Below are positions 39,090-51,413 of a stretch of 64,000 nucleotides of DNA, in pieces. The notes under the pieces are model-generated. The model was not told the origin of the DNA. It saw only the letters and a program-made list of their open reading frames with translations, and ran no database searches. The first letter of the stretch is position 1, and every line of letters starts with the position of its first letter. Both the position numbers and the translations under genes were made by a program. Source of the stretch: Lingula anatina (Eukaryota; Animalia; Brachiopoda); contig CM120643.1 in NCBI GenBank assembly GCA_051362555.1, forward strand, positions 5,642,001-5,706,000, in the 5' to 3' direction.

Positions 39090-39792
39090 CGTTAGCATAA
39101 GGCTAATAGGGATTATATTTACCCAGGTCATTACTTAGAATAAGTTGTATCATTGTGAAGACAGTTTTACTGCAGACTTTTGTGAGCCTGCTCAAAGATA
39201 CAAAAAAACAGGTCACACGATAAAAAACCCAATTTAACCATGTTGACATAGTTTACTGCCTCCATAATTGCAAATAATGGAACATCTAAGTATCTTCAAG
39301 GTGTTACTTTCTCAGGCTTTTTCTTTGATGATATTTTGCTCTTGCATTATCTGAAGATGTCAGCAGTCAAGATTTGTCTACTAGTTGGCTGTAAGTTTTC
39401 TACCTAGAGTAGGTTATGTGTCAGTGTGTCTGAGAATAGCACAATATCCTGCATGGAACTTGAGAGAACTTCCTTTGTTCATGACAGAACTTTTCACCTG
39501 CTGTTTTCAACATGAAACGATCATTAGAGTGTGCAAAGTTAGGTTCATTGTATTTATCTATTTCCTGTTAACCTGTTAAGGTATGTTCCCTATTAAATGG
39601 AGCAAAGGTGCTGTGCCGTGCAAGCTGACAGTTACATGTCTAAATCATTTGGGAAGTTCTGATTAAACACAAAAATAGCAAACCCCTGCCCAAATATCAA
39701 ATATTTTAATATTTTTGGTGATTTCTTTTTAATTTCCATCCAGCATTGTGCCATTTATGAATGTGGAATGACATTGGTAATTATGCAGGTAT

Positions 39793-39955
39793 ACTTGTGC
39801 AGTATCTACCCCCCCACCCCCAAATCCCAATTTTACCTCTAAATCTAAAGTCCAGTCAGCCCAGGCCTCTAACACTAACTAGTACTAAACTAACCCTTAA
39901 CTCCAACCTAACCCTAACTCTAAGGGGCCAGGGTGGGACACTGCACAAATGCTGC
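39793..39955. mobile_element. Short MITE with degenerate (CTAACC)n interior
   Basis: Imperfect terminal inverted repeats TTGTGCAGTATCTACC / GGTGGGACACTGCACAA enclose CTAACCCT-like repeats. Confidence 0.5.
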
Positions 39956-39975
39956 TAATTCCCACTGTTTAAGTG

Positions 39976-42271
39976 TTATTAGTACCACCAGCGTGTACGC
40001 TGGCGGTACTCATGGTTTTAGTCCCGACCCGTCTCGTCCGGCTCCGCCGGCTCCGCGTACTGGCGCCGGATACAAGTCACCGTTACCGCTTCTCCTCCTA
40101 GACCGCAAGGACCCCTGTCCCCATCTCTTGGATTTAGGTCACATATAACCTCAACTTGAACCCCCAGGTTTTTTTGTCTCAGTCGGTGCATTGACCTGGG
40201 CGTGACGCTCCTTGAAATGCACCCTTGTCAAAATTTTTGAAAATTCAATGCCAATTATCTACCCTACGGAAGGAATTATGGGAAAATTTTCTACAGACAG
40301 CTTTCCAAAAGTCATATGTGTAGATTTCAAATATGCCCTTGGATTTGACCTTTGACCTTTATTTCAAGGTCAAACGGGCCAAAATTTTTAAAAAAATGAA
40401 ATTTTTTAAGAAAAAAAATATTATTTGCCCTGTTATTCAGACACCACACAGACTTAACCAATAATATTATTGGAAAGTGTTACCCTTCAGGTCATCTTTC
40501 ATCTCCATGAATTTGGGGTCAATCGGTGCATTTTCTTGGGAGTAGCGGCCATAAGATTCCAAAACTGAAAACTGTCTCTAATTCGGGAACCGTTAATGCT
40601 AGAGACCCATTCTTTTTTGCATTTTGTAGAGCATGTAAAGCCCAACACTGGAAGTGGTCTCCGTTTTTTTGTATTCCAAACGGTTTTCGTGTTATGCTGT
40701 ATTAAAAAGTACTTTGTGGTGGCACATTATTGTAACTCAGAATTGTAACATTTAGTCCCTTATATCTCCAAAACTGGCCGAGATAGGTCAATAGTTATTA
40801 TTTAAGTTGAATAGGAAGTCATTTACTTGCAATCTAGATGTGAGCTTGAAATTGACCTTTGACCTACTTTTCACCATGAACTGAACTTTGCAAATTATTG
40901 TTCCCTTTTATCTCCAAAACTGGCAGAGATAGGTCAATAGTTACTATTGAACTTGAATAGGAAGTCACATACTGGCAATTTAACAGTGACCTTAAAATTG
41001 ACCTTTGACCTACTTTTCACCATGAATTGAACTTTGCCAATTTTCGTTCCCTTTAATCCCCAAAACTGACAGAGATAGGTCCATAGTCACTATTGAACTT
41101 GAATAGGAAGTCATATACTGACAATTTACTATGACCTTAAATTTGACCTTTGACCTACTTTTTACCATGAACTGAACTTTGCAAATTTTTGTTCCCTTTT
41201 ATCTCCAAAACTGGCAAAGATACGCCCATAGTTACTATTGAATTTGAATAGAAAGTCATTAGAGGCAATTTATTTTGACCTTAAAATTGACCTTTAACCT
41301 ACTTTTCACCATGAACTGAACTTTGAAAATATTTGTTCCCTTTTATCTCCAAAACTGGCAGAGATAGGTCCATAGTTACCATTGAACTTGAATAGGAAGT
41401 CATATACTGGCAATCTAAGTGGGACCTTGAAATTGACCTTTGACCTACTTTTCATCATGAATTGAACTTTGCAGATTTTCTTTCCCTTTTATCTCCAAAA
41501 CTGGCAGAGATAGGTCCATAGTTACTATTGAACTTAAATAGGAAGTCATATACTGGCAATTTACTGTGACCTTAAAATTGACCTTTGACCGTCTTTTTAC
41601 TATGAACTGAACTTAGCAAATTTTCGTTCACCTTTATCTTCAAAACTGACAAAGATAGGTCCATAGTTACTATTGAACTTGAATAGGAAGTACACTAGCA
41701 ATCTGTGACCTTGAAATTGACCTTTGACCTACTTTTTATGATGAACTGCTTTTTGCATGTTTTCTGGCCTTTAAATCTGCAAAATTGGCAAAGAAATGCC
41801 CATGGTTGCTATTGAACTTGAATAGAAATTCATATACTATGATATTGAAATTGACCTTTGACCTACTTTTTCACCATGAACTGAGCTTTGCATATTTTCT
41901 TGCCTCTCATATCTTTAAATCTAGCAGAGATGTCCCCATTGTTTCCCCTAGGTTTTATCTTTTGTCAGCACATATGCACCATTGACAACGTATTTCAAGG
42001 AAAACCAATAGGCCTTTTGTCTAGAGAATACAGGAGTGATCAAGGGTATGAAAATGCAAGTCAATTCAAAAATCTGCTTGATTGTATCATTTTTAGTCAT
42101 ATTTTTTTGCATATTTTGAGAACTCTTGTTGATTGCATCTTATAGAGCTTGTCAAACACCAGACTGGTGATGGTGTCCCTTTTAGGAGGGGGGGGGGGTC
42201 CATACGAATGCGCTTACTCCAGCTGGTGGTACAATATCCGGAGGCGGTATCGCCTCTCTGATCCTCTAGTT
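39976..42271 (+). mobile_element. Helentron-associated non-autonomous element (HINE/DINE-1-like) with central tandem repeats
   Basis: The 5' end TTATTAGTACCACCAGCGT has an adjacent inverted copy ACGCTGGCGGTACT. The 3' subTIR GCTGGTGGTAC (42222-42232) is followed by the stem-loop GAGGCG-GTAT-CGCCTC and the terminal CTAGTT. Confidence 0.8.
40755..41930. repeat. ~145-bp tandem repeat, about 8 copies, inside the HINE
   Basis: The TTGACCTTTGACC motif (one copy with a mismatch) occurs at 40852, 40998, 41143, 41287, 41433, 41578, 41717 and 41851. Confidence 0.92.
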
Positions 42272-42704
42272 TTAACGGGTAAAGAGTACACTGTAAGGAT
42301 CATCAAATCAGAAGTAATCTCAGCACTTGGGCTTTATTTTATGAGCATATTGAAAGGACAAAGAAAGTCAAGATGTAGTTATTCTTCAATACACTATATG
42401 TGCAGAAGTGCATGGGGTGGAGAATAGAGCAGCAAAAAAGGGAGCATGTGCTCTGAAAAGTGTATATTTAGTTTATTGCAGTGATTTTATGATAAGTATT
42501 TCACTTAAAAAATGGAGAGAAAGCTGGTTGCACATATTATTTTAAATGTACTTTATGTAAAAGAGGCAAAATGTTAGTGCAGTCTACTCAAAGTACTTCT
42601 GTGTTAGGAGTTTAACCACTTTGGTTAATAAAAAAAACTTCATATAGTGTTTGTGGTTTTTTTATTTCTATTTATTTATTTATTTTGACATTTTCACATT
42701 TCAG

Positions 42705-44040
42705 CATAGACAATAGTTAGCCAAAGAGTGTGAACAGGTCACAAACTGGTTACTTCAACAAAAGCCCCAGATGTTGGAAGGTGGGCATTTTAGTTTGCAA
42801 TCTTTCATTGCTGTTGACTATTAAATCAAAGGAAGTTTGTCTTTAAACTTCAAAACTTTGTTCTTTTTATTTTGTGCCAAGAAAAGACATTATTCAGAAT
42901 GTTTAATAGATATATGGTGTAGATACTGAAAATGTGTTTCTGTTATTTTGTTAATTTAATTGTGTTTGCAATCAGTGACAATATATCATAATTCCACATA
43001 TTTACAGCATGTCTGGCTGAAATGTTCACACTGCAATAAAATCCTTGACAAGAAGTATCGCCCAACACCCAGAAGGTTGGATAGCCACCAAGGGGCCTTT
43101 ACTTTGTATTTGAACAGACTTGAGAGGTAAGCAGATCTTTAAAGAGGCATGATTTTATATGAGGCTATGTGTCATATTGTTGTTGAGGTGAAACTTGAAT
43201 GGTGTGTGAAAAAATTATTTATCACTCTAAGATGTTGGCATGTTTGGATTTTTTTAATTTATTTATTTATTTTTGCATGTATTATGGTGATGTTTGTCTC
43301 ATATGCGTCTCATATGTTTGTCTCATATGCGTCAAATAGTGCTTTTATTTCAAATTTAGTGTGTAAAAATGTCAAACTACAAGCATAGGTCAGATTTTTT
43401 TTTACTTTGGGTTTTTTGGTAAAACAGATATTAATGCTGGGTTGATTTTAATGAAATTAACCAGGAAAGCTGAATAAGAGTCAAGTTTTGTACAGACTGA
43501 GAAATTTTCTACACGACTGCTCCTTGTTACAGTACAAATATCTGCTTCTTCAGTTTTGTTACCTTTAGACCAGTTGGTCCATTTTGTCACAATGAAGCCA
43601 TCAACCTGCTCACTACACATGATGTCATGTAGCCCAAGACTATAAAACATGGCTAAGTTAATATAAGATTGTGGATCCCCCTAGCTCTGAGCCTGTGTTT
43701 CAAATGTTTTTAAATATAAATTGGAACAGATGTTGTCCATTGTGTGTGTTTGTGTGCATTCTGTAGAATAAACATTTAAAAACTCTTAATGTAAATATTT
43801 CTTGTGATACAATTATTGGTTTCATTTCAGATGAAGATTCTTCTTGTTACCCTCAATCAGAGAGTGTGCTATTTGGAATCATTGCTCCCTTCTGAACCAG
43901 CTCAGTCCTCCCATCGTTCAAGTAATGTTGCAACAGTGGCTCCATCTAGTGGGACAAACAGCTCTACAACAGTGGCTCCATCTGGTGGGACAAACAGCTC
44001 TGCAGCAGTGGCTCCATCTGGTGGAACACAAACAGATTGA
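42705..44040 (+). pseudogene. Chain of exon-like segments (42705-42780, 43008-43126, 43569-~43650, 43831-44040) of an unidentified decayed gene or lncRNA
   Basis: Acceptors are atttcag, tttacag, cctttag and atttcag; donors are gtgggc and gtaagc. Translations look protein-like but contain stops (HRQ*LAKECEQVTNWLLQQKPQMLE; PVGPFCHNEAINLLTTHDVM*). No family was recognised. Confidence 0.35.
43933..44036 (+). repeat. 36-bp minisatellite x3 (would encode TVAPSGGTNSS-like units)
   Basis: CAGTGGCTCCATCT(A/G)GTGGGACAAACAGCTCT is repeated three times, the third copy being partial. Confidence 0.85.
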
Positions 44041-44187
44041 CAGCAGAAAAACAAGCAGGTTTTAAGTTGAGCTGGACAAGAAAATAAAGTAGATTGATCT
44101 ACAGGATTGTCTGCAAAATCATGGTTTTGTTAATAGAAAAGCGAAGATGCCATCACAGATGTTAAATCAGACTTGTTTTTACAAAAT

Positions 44188-44236
<49 letters not shown>

Positions 44237-45350
44237 TGAGTGTCTGGTGAAGACTGGTTCTCATGTGTAATTTATCCCATAAATCTTAAACCATAAATCA
44301 TTCTTTTTTAATATTTATAAAAGTTGAGGATCTAGTAAATACTGGCACTCAGTTTAATTTAAATGTAATTAATCTTTGTGTAAAAAAAACTGCATTTATC
44401 TTCATGAATGGTGTTAAAAGGGACATTTTTACAAGTATTGTTTCAAGGTGTGCATGAGACTAGTGAATACAGACTTTCACTCAGCAATTAATACCATTTC
44501 AAAATAATTGAAGTTTTTAGTTAAAGGGATAATAACTCTTCAAACATTGTGAATAACTCATAGAAATATAATATATTCTGTTTTACCACAAAAATGGCAG
44601 TTATAGCTATTATTCTGATATCTGAGCTCGTCTTTAGACCACGTGACCTCCATTGATGGCTATACTCTGTTAAAATCTCTTAAGAGATTTCAACAAAAAA
44701 CCAAACTTTTTTGAAAAAAAAACCAGGGACTAACTTTGAATGTACAAATGGATTCATTAACCATTGGTAAGTATGGGGAAATTGTTGTTTACTCCAGGAA
44801 AATTCATTTTTTGGCCGAAACGAAGAGTTATTATACCTTTAATGGTAAAACAGACTTGTATCTGTTTACAATAATTTATTGTTTTGCTTGAGCATCTGTT
44901 GAACACTATTGGCTTCATCTGTAGTTAATAGTAAATACCATTAGTTCATATGGCTTTGAAATTATTTGAAATTATCCTTATGATTTGTAAAGAATTATCT
45001 TACTAAACGTTCAATGTAGTAAAAGCCCGAGTCGATATTGTATCCATAACAATTCTTTTGAATCAATCCCAGATAAAATAGATCAAAATGCATTGTGTTC
45101 TTTTTAAAGCTACCATTATCAGTTTGTGTTGTAATTTGTTTGAGACTGACAAATACTTAACAATCTGTACGATTGTCTGAAGCATGTTTCTTAGATAAGC
45201 TAGACCACTGTTGTTTTTTCTTTGGCAGTCTTCAGGAATTCTTCAGTTCGATTTGAGTTCTCCACATGTACAAGAAATAAACTAGCAAATTTAAAAAATT
45301 GCCTAAAATCATTTCAATCTGTAGTTGATCTCCATGGAGTGTAAGACCCC

Positions 45351-45549
45351 ATTTCCAGAGATTAGATCTACTTTAGATCGACCTAACTCCCTGGGGGTTC
45401 ACGCTAAATAGCTGTCAGCCGGGCGGACATGAAAGTTAATTACCCCCTTACAGCTTGTAGTAGGCAGGATGGACATTTAAGCCGGATTATCTGACAGTAA
45501 TCTAGTGAGACTCCCCGCGGCGATAGATCGATCTAAAAGCTCTGGGAAT
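45351..45549. mobile_element. MITE-like element with ~70-bp imperfect inverted repeats
   Basis: The left arm ATTTCCAGAG...TTTAGATCGACCTA...GCTGTCAG matches the reverse complement of the right arm, ATTCCCAGAGCTTTTAGATCGATCTA...ACTGTCAG. Confidence 0.55.
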
Positions 45550-46591
45550 ACAGCCTAAGGGAGGTAAAACCTAAAAGATGAATCTGAAGTAAACTTTTCA
45601 ACAAAAAGGTGACCAAATGCCACCATAAAGTTTCAGATTGTATAACTTGGATATGACAAAGTTTCTTATTACTCCAGAAATGATATTTGATATATACTGC
45701 TTACTTTCTGTACTGTATAATATATATCTGGGAAAGAGAAGTAGGTCAATTTAAGAACAAAAGTTAAGAAAGAAAAAAAAAATCATGTAAGTCTCTCCCC
45801 AAGCGGGCTTCCTGACTTGTATGTCTATGAGTGTACCTGATGAATGCCCAATTTAGAATGTCAACAAACCATAATTCTCAAAGAATTTGTTCTCATTGGA
45901 TAAATCAATTATTACAGATACAAGCCTGAAAAGTCTCTGGCAGTGAATCGCGAACTGCTGCTGCTACCACTCAAGACATTAACTAGATACTGTAAACATA
46001 TATCGGCACATGAATCAATAAGACATCAAACAACTTTCATGGAAAATAAAGTGAAATTAAATCTGGAGATTCTTTTATCTATTATCATTTCGAATTTATG
46101 TTAAATCTCGGCACGTTCGTCTTCATCACCATCATACTTCCATCGCAGTCCGAAGCGCGAAGTGCAAACAGTGCATATCAAAACCGTAAATAGGAGTCCT
46201 TACGTAGGAAACATCGCGCTAGAGAACAGGTTTAATTAAGGAATTCTTGTTGGCGGTATTGTCATTAATTTAGAGAATCATGAACAAATCTGGATGACTC
46301 TGTCTATAACAAAGCAATTGAAAAAATTTAAAAAATTACTTTTTCAGAATTAAACATGAAAAAATAATGAAAAGAACGAATTAAGGCAGAATAAATTTTA
46401 ATTAAAAATGGAATCTGAACAACAAATACTGCTTAAAGCAAATTAACTCTAATATAGAAAATACGCACTCATGATTTTTACTTATAATTAATTTTTAAAA
46501 TAATATCGGTACCTTAATTGCCAATGTATGACAGGACTGTGTGAAAACGGCATACACCCTCCCCTACACATACACTACCGGTACACAGACA

Positions 46592-46626
<35 letters not shown>

Positions 46627-48119
46627 GCGGGAGTGGGGGGCAAATCCAATGCTTCTTCCCCGTTGCCAATTTCTTTTCAGTATCAAAAAATTTTTATTGT
46701 CAAATACAACGTAGCTTATATAATACCATAGACTTTGGTCGAATAATGTAGCTGCGTGCAACCCAAAAATATGCTGTAGCACTATCAAAAAATAAATATA
46801 TCTTCTTGAACAAGAACGGTCACATTAGAATTCATCCCCCCCCCCTCCCACCACCAATACGCCCCCTTTCTATTCATACCATGACAAACTCAGCGTGTGT
46901 AGGAGAGTGAAAACTATGTAAAAGTAGGTCAAAAGTTCACAGATAGGATATGCCATGTAAGGGTTCTTAGGGGTGATAGGCTATCTCTTTTTGCGTTTTT
47001 TTATTCTGCCAATTTTGAGAAGAAATATCGGTATCTTTCATTGCACTTGCTCAATATAAATTCAAATAATTCATTTTTCTTTCCTTAATCACGAAATTCG
47101 TCAGATTTTATTAATTACAAAATTTCCCTAGAAAACCTGTACCCCCTCTTTTGAATGCAATGTATCGTCTGCAGAACATCAGCGTCTGCCACCACGCTGG
47201 ATGATTCTCGCTTCCCGGGAGATGAACAGTTAACGCGGTCTGAAAATTTTTAGGGAGAGTCAGATGAAAAAGAGAGGGACCGTGGCATCTGTAAAGTTCT
47301 ACACGGTGAATCTGGACATGTGGGCTAGTTTTTCTCTTTTCTTTAAATGTTTGCAATAAACTCTGCCTTTCTGTAACCCTATGCAACCAAAATATTTTTC
47401 TGGTATCTTGATACATCTCTCACTTCTGTCTCCCCCCTATAACGGTCCACACTAAAAAAATCATCAATCGTATGCCAATTTTATACAGGTAATTGACCTA
47501 CTTTTTTCACCCATGCAGCTTGCTCATGCAGCTATTGTCGAGAATATTATGGCTGTGGAGTGAAAACGCGATACACGTCTGTGATATAAAAGTTATTTCT
47601 AATTACATAATTTACAAACAATGCATGTGGATCAAAGGTGTCCCGATTTGTGAGCAAAAGAGCTCATTACATTTTAAAAATAATGAAAAATTAGAGACAA
47701 GCCAAAATCAGAAAAAAATGCATTTTTTCTCTTATATGCAAATTAGGTTCCTTGAAGTAATATATGACTGGCCGGAAGTGATGTTCATATCAGAGATTTG
47801 TAATGTTGATGATCTTGATGGCTTTAATGGTATAAATGGTGATTAAAAAAATATTATCGAAGTTTTCAGTTGTCATCTGGTGAGAAAGAAATTTTCTGCA
47901 CAAACACAATCATTCCACGTGCAAAGAAAAATTAGTTAACGCCCATCAGAGATGCGCTGCAGACGTCACAGCTTTTGGGCGAAAATCACACGCGATATTT
48001 CCTCATAATCATGACATACAGGTTAAAAACTGTGATTGAAAATGGATATCGGCAAACCATTAAAATTTCGACAGCATTTCTATTTATTTGTGTTCGACAA
48101 GGATGAATTTAATTAGAAT

Positions 48120-48121
<2 letters not shown>

Positions 48122-48163
<42 letters not shown>
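48122..48163. repeat. (CT)n microsatellite
   Basis: About 21 CT units. There is also a compound (CA)n(GA)n tract at ~46585-46626 and a poly-T run at ~44194-44232. Confidence 0.95.
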
Positions 48164-48167
<4 letters not shown>

Positions 48168-48889
48168 AAGCCAATATTAACGAGAAAGCCGAGAGAAAAA
48201 ATAATAAGCATAACAGTCAAAATATTCGGAAGTAAAAAATTCAGAGATAAAAATGTTGTTGGCCACTACAGTTCCTCTTCGTAGATCACATGCAAAATTT
48301 TAAGGCAATTTGTAGCCGTATAAATTGATGTTGTAAATTAAATGCACTTTCACTAACTGCAGATGATAATTAAAACGGAATCAAACAAGTTAAAGGATAG
48401 GGAGTTATTGAGTGTAAGTTTAATTTCTTTAAGAGTCAACAAGTGTAGAAATTGTGGTAGGAAAAGATGGAACATGTCAAAGTCACATATAGTTCGATTT
48501 GATTGGTTAATTTCTCAATAGATTTGCAAGTTTCTGACACATGCAAACTAAGGATGGATATGGTCCAAGCATGAGTAATTCTAATGACATTTTTAATATT
48601 TTAAATCAAAAACAAGTCTATTAGAAATTACCTAATAAGGAAATGTTGAATGGCGGTTTGCAACATGAGAATCACGCAAAAACAATGGAAAGAAAACAAG
48701 TAAATGCATGATCAGTACGGAGAACAGAGTTTAAATACTTGTGAAATTGTATGAAAAGAGAGTCGGTGAATAAACGTTCGAAAGCTCTAGATCGTGGTTA
48801 TTCTTCACTATAATCATCAGATTACGAGCTTCTTAATAATGTTCGTGATGCACAAGTAAATTACGTTCTAACAACGTAAGCAGTAACAA

Positions 48890-49497
48890 CAGCAATTTAC
48901 ACGCAATTTGGTAACGTACTGTATGTATCGGTAACGTTACCAAATTACGCGTGGTTGTTGTTGTTGTTGACGTTGTTTGTGGTCCGTCGGCTTAACTATG
49001 CTATGAGTGGGTGCGCCATATCTAGGTGATGTCTCACGCTCTCACATAGTTGCGCCAACGGACATCAAACAACGTAAACAACAACAAAAATGATAACATC
49101 AACAATCTACGCTCAATTTGGTAACGTATGTATCGGTAACATATGTATCATGTGAGTGATTTTTACAAATCCTTTGAAGACATTTTTCGTCTTATGTCCC
49201 GTTTCTATTTAACTATAACGTTATGCGCAGTAAAAAATTAGGTGTTGGCTTACCAGAAGTTGGAAGCAGCTACCAGCTATTAAAAAGATAGGTAACGAAT
49301 GAATGGATGGATATCAAACTCGCTATGACAACATAACAAAGTGAAATGTGCTTTGTAGAAACACACGTGCGCTCATGTATGGCGTCTCACGCACTGACAT
49401 AGTTGCGCCGACAGACAACTCACAACTTAAATAACAACAACAATAACAACAACAACAACAATCTACACGCAATATGGTAACGTGCGTATCGGTAACG
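48890..49497. repeat. Three diverged, irregularly spaced local direct repeats
   Basis: The motif CAAT(C/T)TAC..GCAATTTGGTAACGT...GTATCGGTAAC occurs at ~48893, ~49103 and ~49460. The motif GTCTCACGC..ACATAGTTGCGCC occurs at ~49032 and ~49384. Confidence 0.7.
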
Positions 49498-49652
49498 CAG
49501 TGGCGGATTTAGAGTTAGAGAAAAAACTAAATTGAGTTGAACTGACCGAAAATATAGCTCCTGACAAATCCACAGGTGGACTGCCACTGACGCCCGTACC
49601 TATCTTATCATCATCAACATTGCCAAAAGAATCCGCGCTAAATCTGCTATTG
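49498..49652. mobile_element. Degenerate hAT-type MITE (CAGTGGCGGATTT terminus)
   Basis: CAGTGGCGGATTT...AAATCTGCTATTG matches at 10/13. No TSD is recognisable. Confidence 0.4.
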
Positions 49653-49848
49653 CCATTGCTACAGAATCACGGGCTGATCATTTTGCTGTCTTTCCCGCAA
49701 AACTGTGAACAGGAGACTCGTCCAACATGGTTATAGCGCAAAAGTTAACATGCAATCTTTGAGTCCAGAAAAATTCCCCAAAAGAAGGGGGAAAACGCAA
49801 AAAAAAAATAAATAAAATGAAATAAAAATAAATAAAATAAAAAACTAC

Positions 49849-49892
<44 letters not shown>

Positions 49893-51344
49893 GCGAAAAA
49901 GGGGGGCACGGTAGCGTCGGAAATTCTAGGAAAGTGACCACCAAGAAGAAAAGAAGTAACCATAATTGCACTTTGGGGATCGATCCACCCGACCTTGACC
50001 TACAGTATGTGGTAAGCGGCATGACGTACCGAAAGAAACATAAAAGAAGGAAAAATTACGAAATAAATGAAAACGAGCAAAATGGCCAAACACCCATACA
50101 ATGTTGTTCTTGTGTCGGAAAAAATGCTAGTAATTGAAATTATAGTGGAATTTTTTTTAGGTAAAAATGGTGCATTATTTAGACAAAAATGAGAAAAATC
50201 AGTGAAGAATCTGTATAGACTCTAATTAATTTACATTAGTTTTTTTTCATTTGATTTAAAGCCATTTGAAAAAGAGATATACAATTTTATCTCATTTAAA
50301 GTTCATCTATTATAAACAAAAATGTAAATGTTAAAACATTTATTACTGCAAAACTGATTATTTTTGTCATGTTGGCTCAAAGTGAAATATAATGAGTGGA
50401 AGAAAACAGTCGATAAACTTCGCACGTGCAGCAGCATTGTCTCTCTGGTTGTTTGATGGTAAGAAAAAACAAAATGAAAAGTGATCATTACAAGTGATTA
50501 TTTGTATGATTATTCACCCAATGCTAAAAGTGACATAAAATGCTTAATGCTGACTCTCTGACGCATTTTTCGAGAAAAATTCTTCATGAAAGGTTGATAA
50601 TGGTCGTCTTTGGAGCTTGCAAAGTTTAAACGCGACAAGCAGTTACGAAAAGTAGAACATTACGCCATTTGAAAATGAAGAAGCTGACCGCGTGGACTCT
50701 GATATTTACTCTACATGAGTTGGAAGCATGGAGCGAACGTTTTATGCAATGTGATTTCACGCAAAAAACTAAAAACTTTGATAAAAAATGTGAAAAAATA
50801 GGGCTCAGCTGTTCGTCATTGATTTGTGACAAAAGAAATCACGTTAGATGGAAGACACGTTTCATGGTTTGTACAATAGAGTGAGGTTCCGCTTAAAAGC
50901 TGGAACAATCATCCTTCAGAAATAGGAGAACAGCGTGGAGAAGGTTTCAAAAATTAATTTCGTCTGAAAGAAAAACCTATTCGTAACACGACAACATCAA
51001 CTTGTTAATTTGAAACGGATATTTTGAGAACGTCATTTTAAACGCGTCATTCTTTTGTTTTCACATTTTTTCAAATGTCTTCATTTCTCTGTCACCTACC
51101 ACTATTCCAATTTCCTTTCAGTACGCGTAGACAACAACTTATAGTAACTTTTTTATGAAAAAGGGGCAATCATGCAAAAGAAACCTTGCAATTGTTTACG
51201 GTGTGGTGTTGTTTTTGTAGTAATATGGTACTGATTAGCTAGATTCGTGCATCTTAATTCACTGTCACGTCAAAACACGAAATCTAACCAAAACGACAGT
51301 TCCCGCACTCCTGAAGTAGGAACGAATCAGGAAGTAGGCCCCAC

Positions 51345-51363
51345 ATATATATATATATATAAA
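51345..51363 (+). promoter_or_regulatory. Candidate TATA box/core promoter of the SMB-like gene
   Basis: (TA)n ending in TATAAA lies ~50 bp upstream of ATG 51414. An ETS-like CAGGAAGT (~51328) and a CRE-like GTCACGTCA (~51264) lie just upstream. Confidence 0.4.
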
Positions 51364-51413
51364 CTACGCAAAATACCACAGCACAGCACTGAGAGGAAAG
51401 AGACAAATCGACA

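Noticed and set aside
39870-39922. Interstitial telomeric repeat
   Set aside because: Only a few degenerate CTAACC units are present, enclosed by inverted repeats. A MITE interior explains them better.
33630-47860. Similarity between ~33635-33750 and ~47730-47860 as boundaries of a large element
   Set aside because: The match is short and diverged, with no terminal motifs or TSD. It is most simply two fragments of a dispersed repeat; the same applies to ~1670-1700 versus ~57240-57270.
49678-50022. Poly-Ile/poly-Tyr hydrophobic ORFs (similar low-complexity ORFs at 541-723 and 4174-4494)
   Set aside because: They are translations of (AAT)n and A/T-rich simple repeats.
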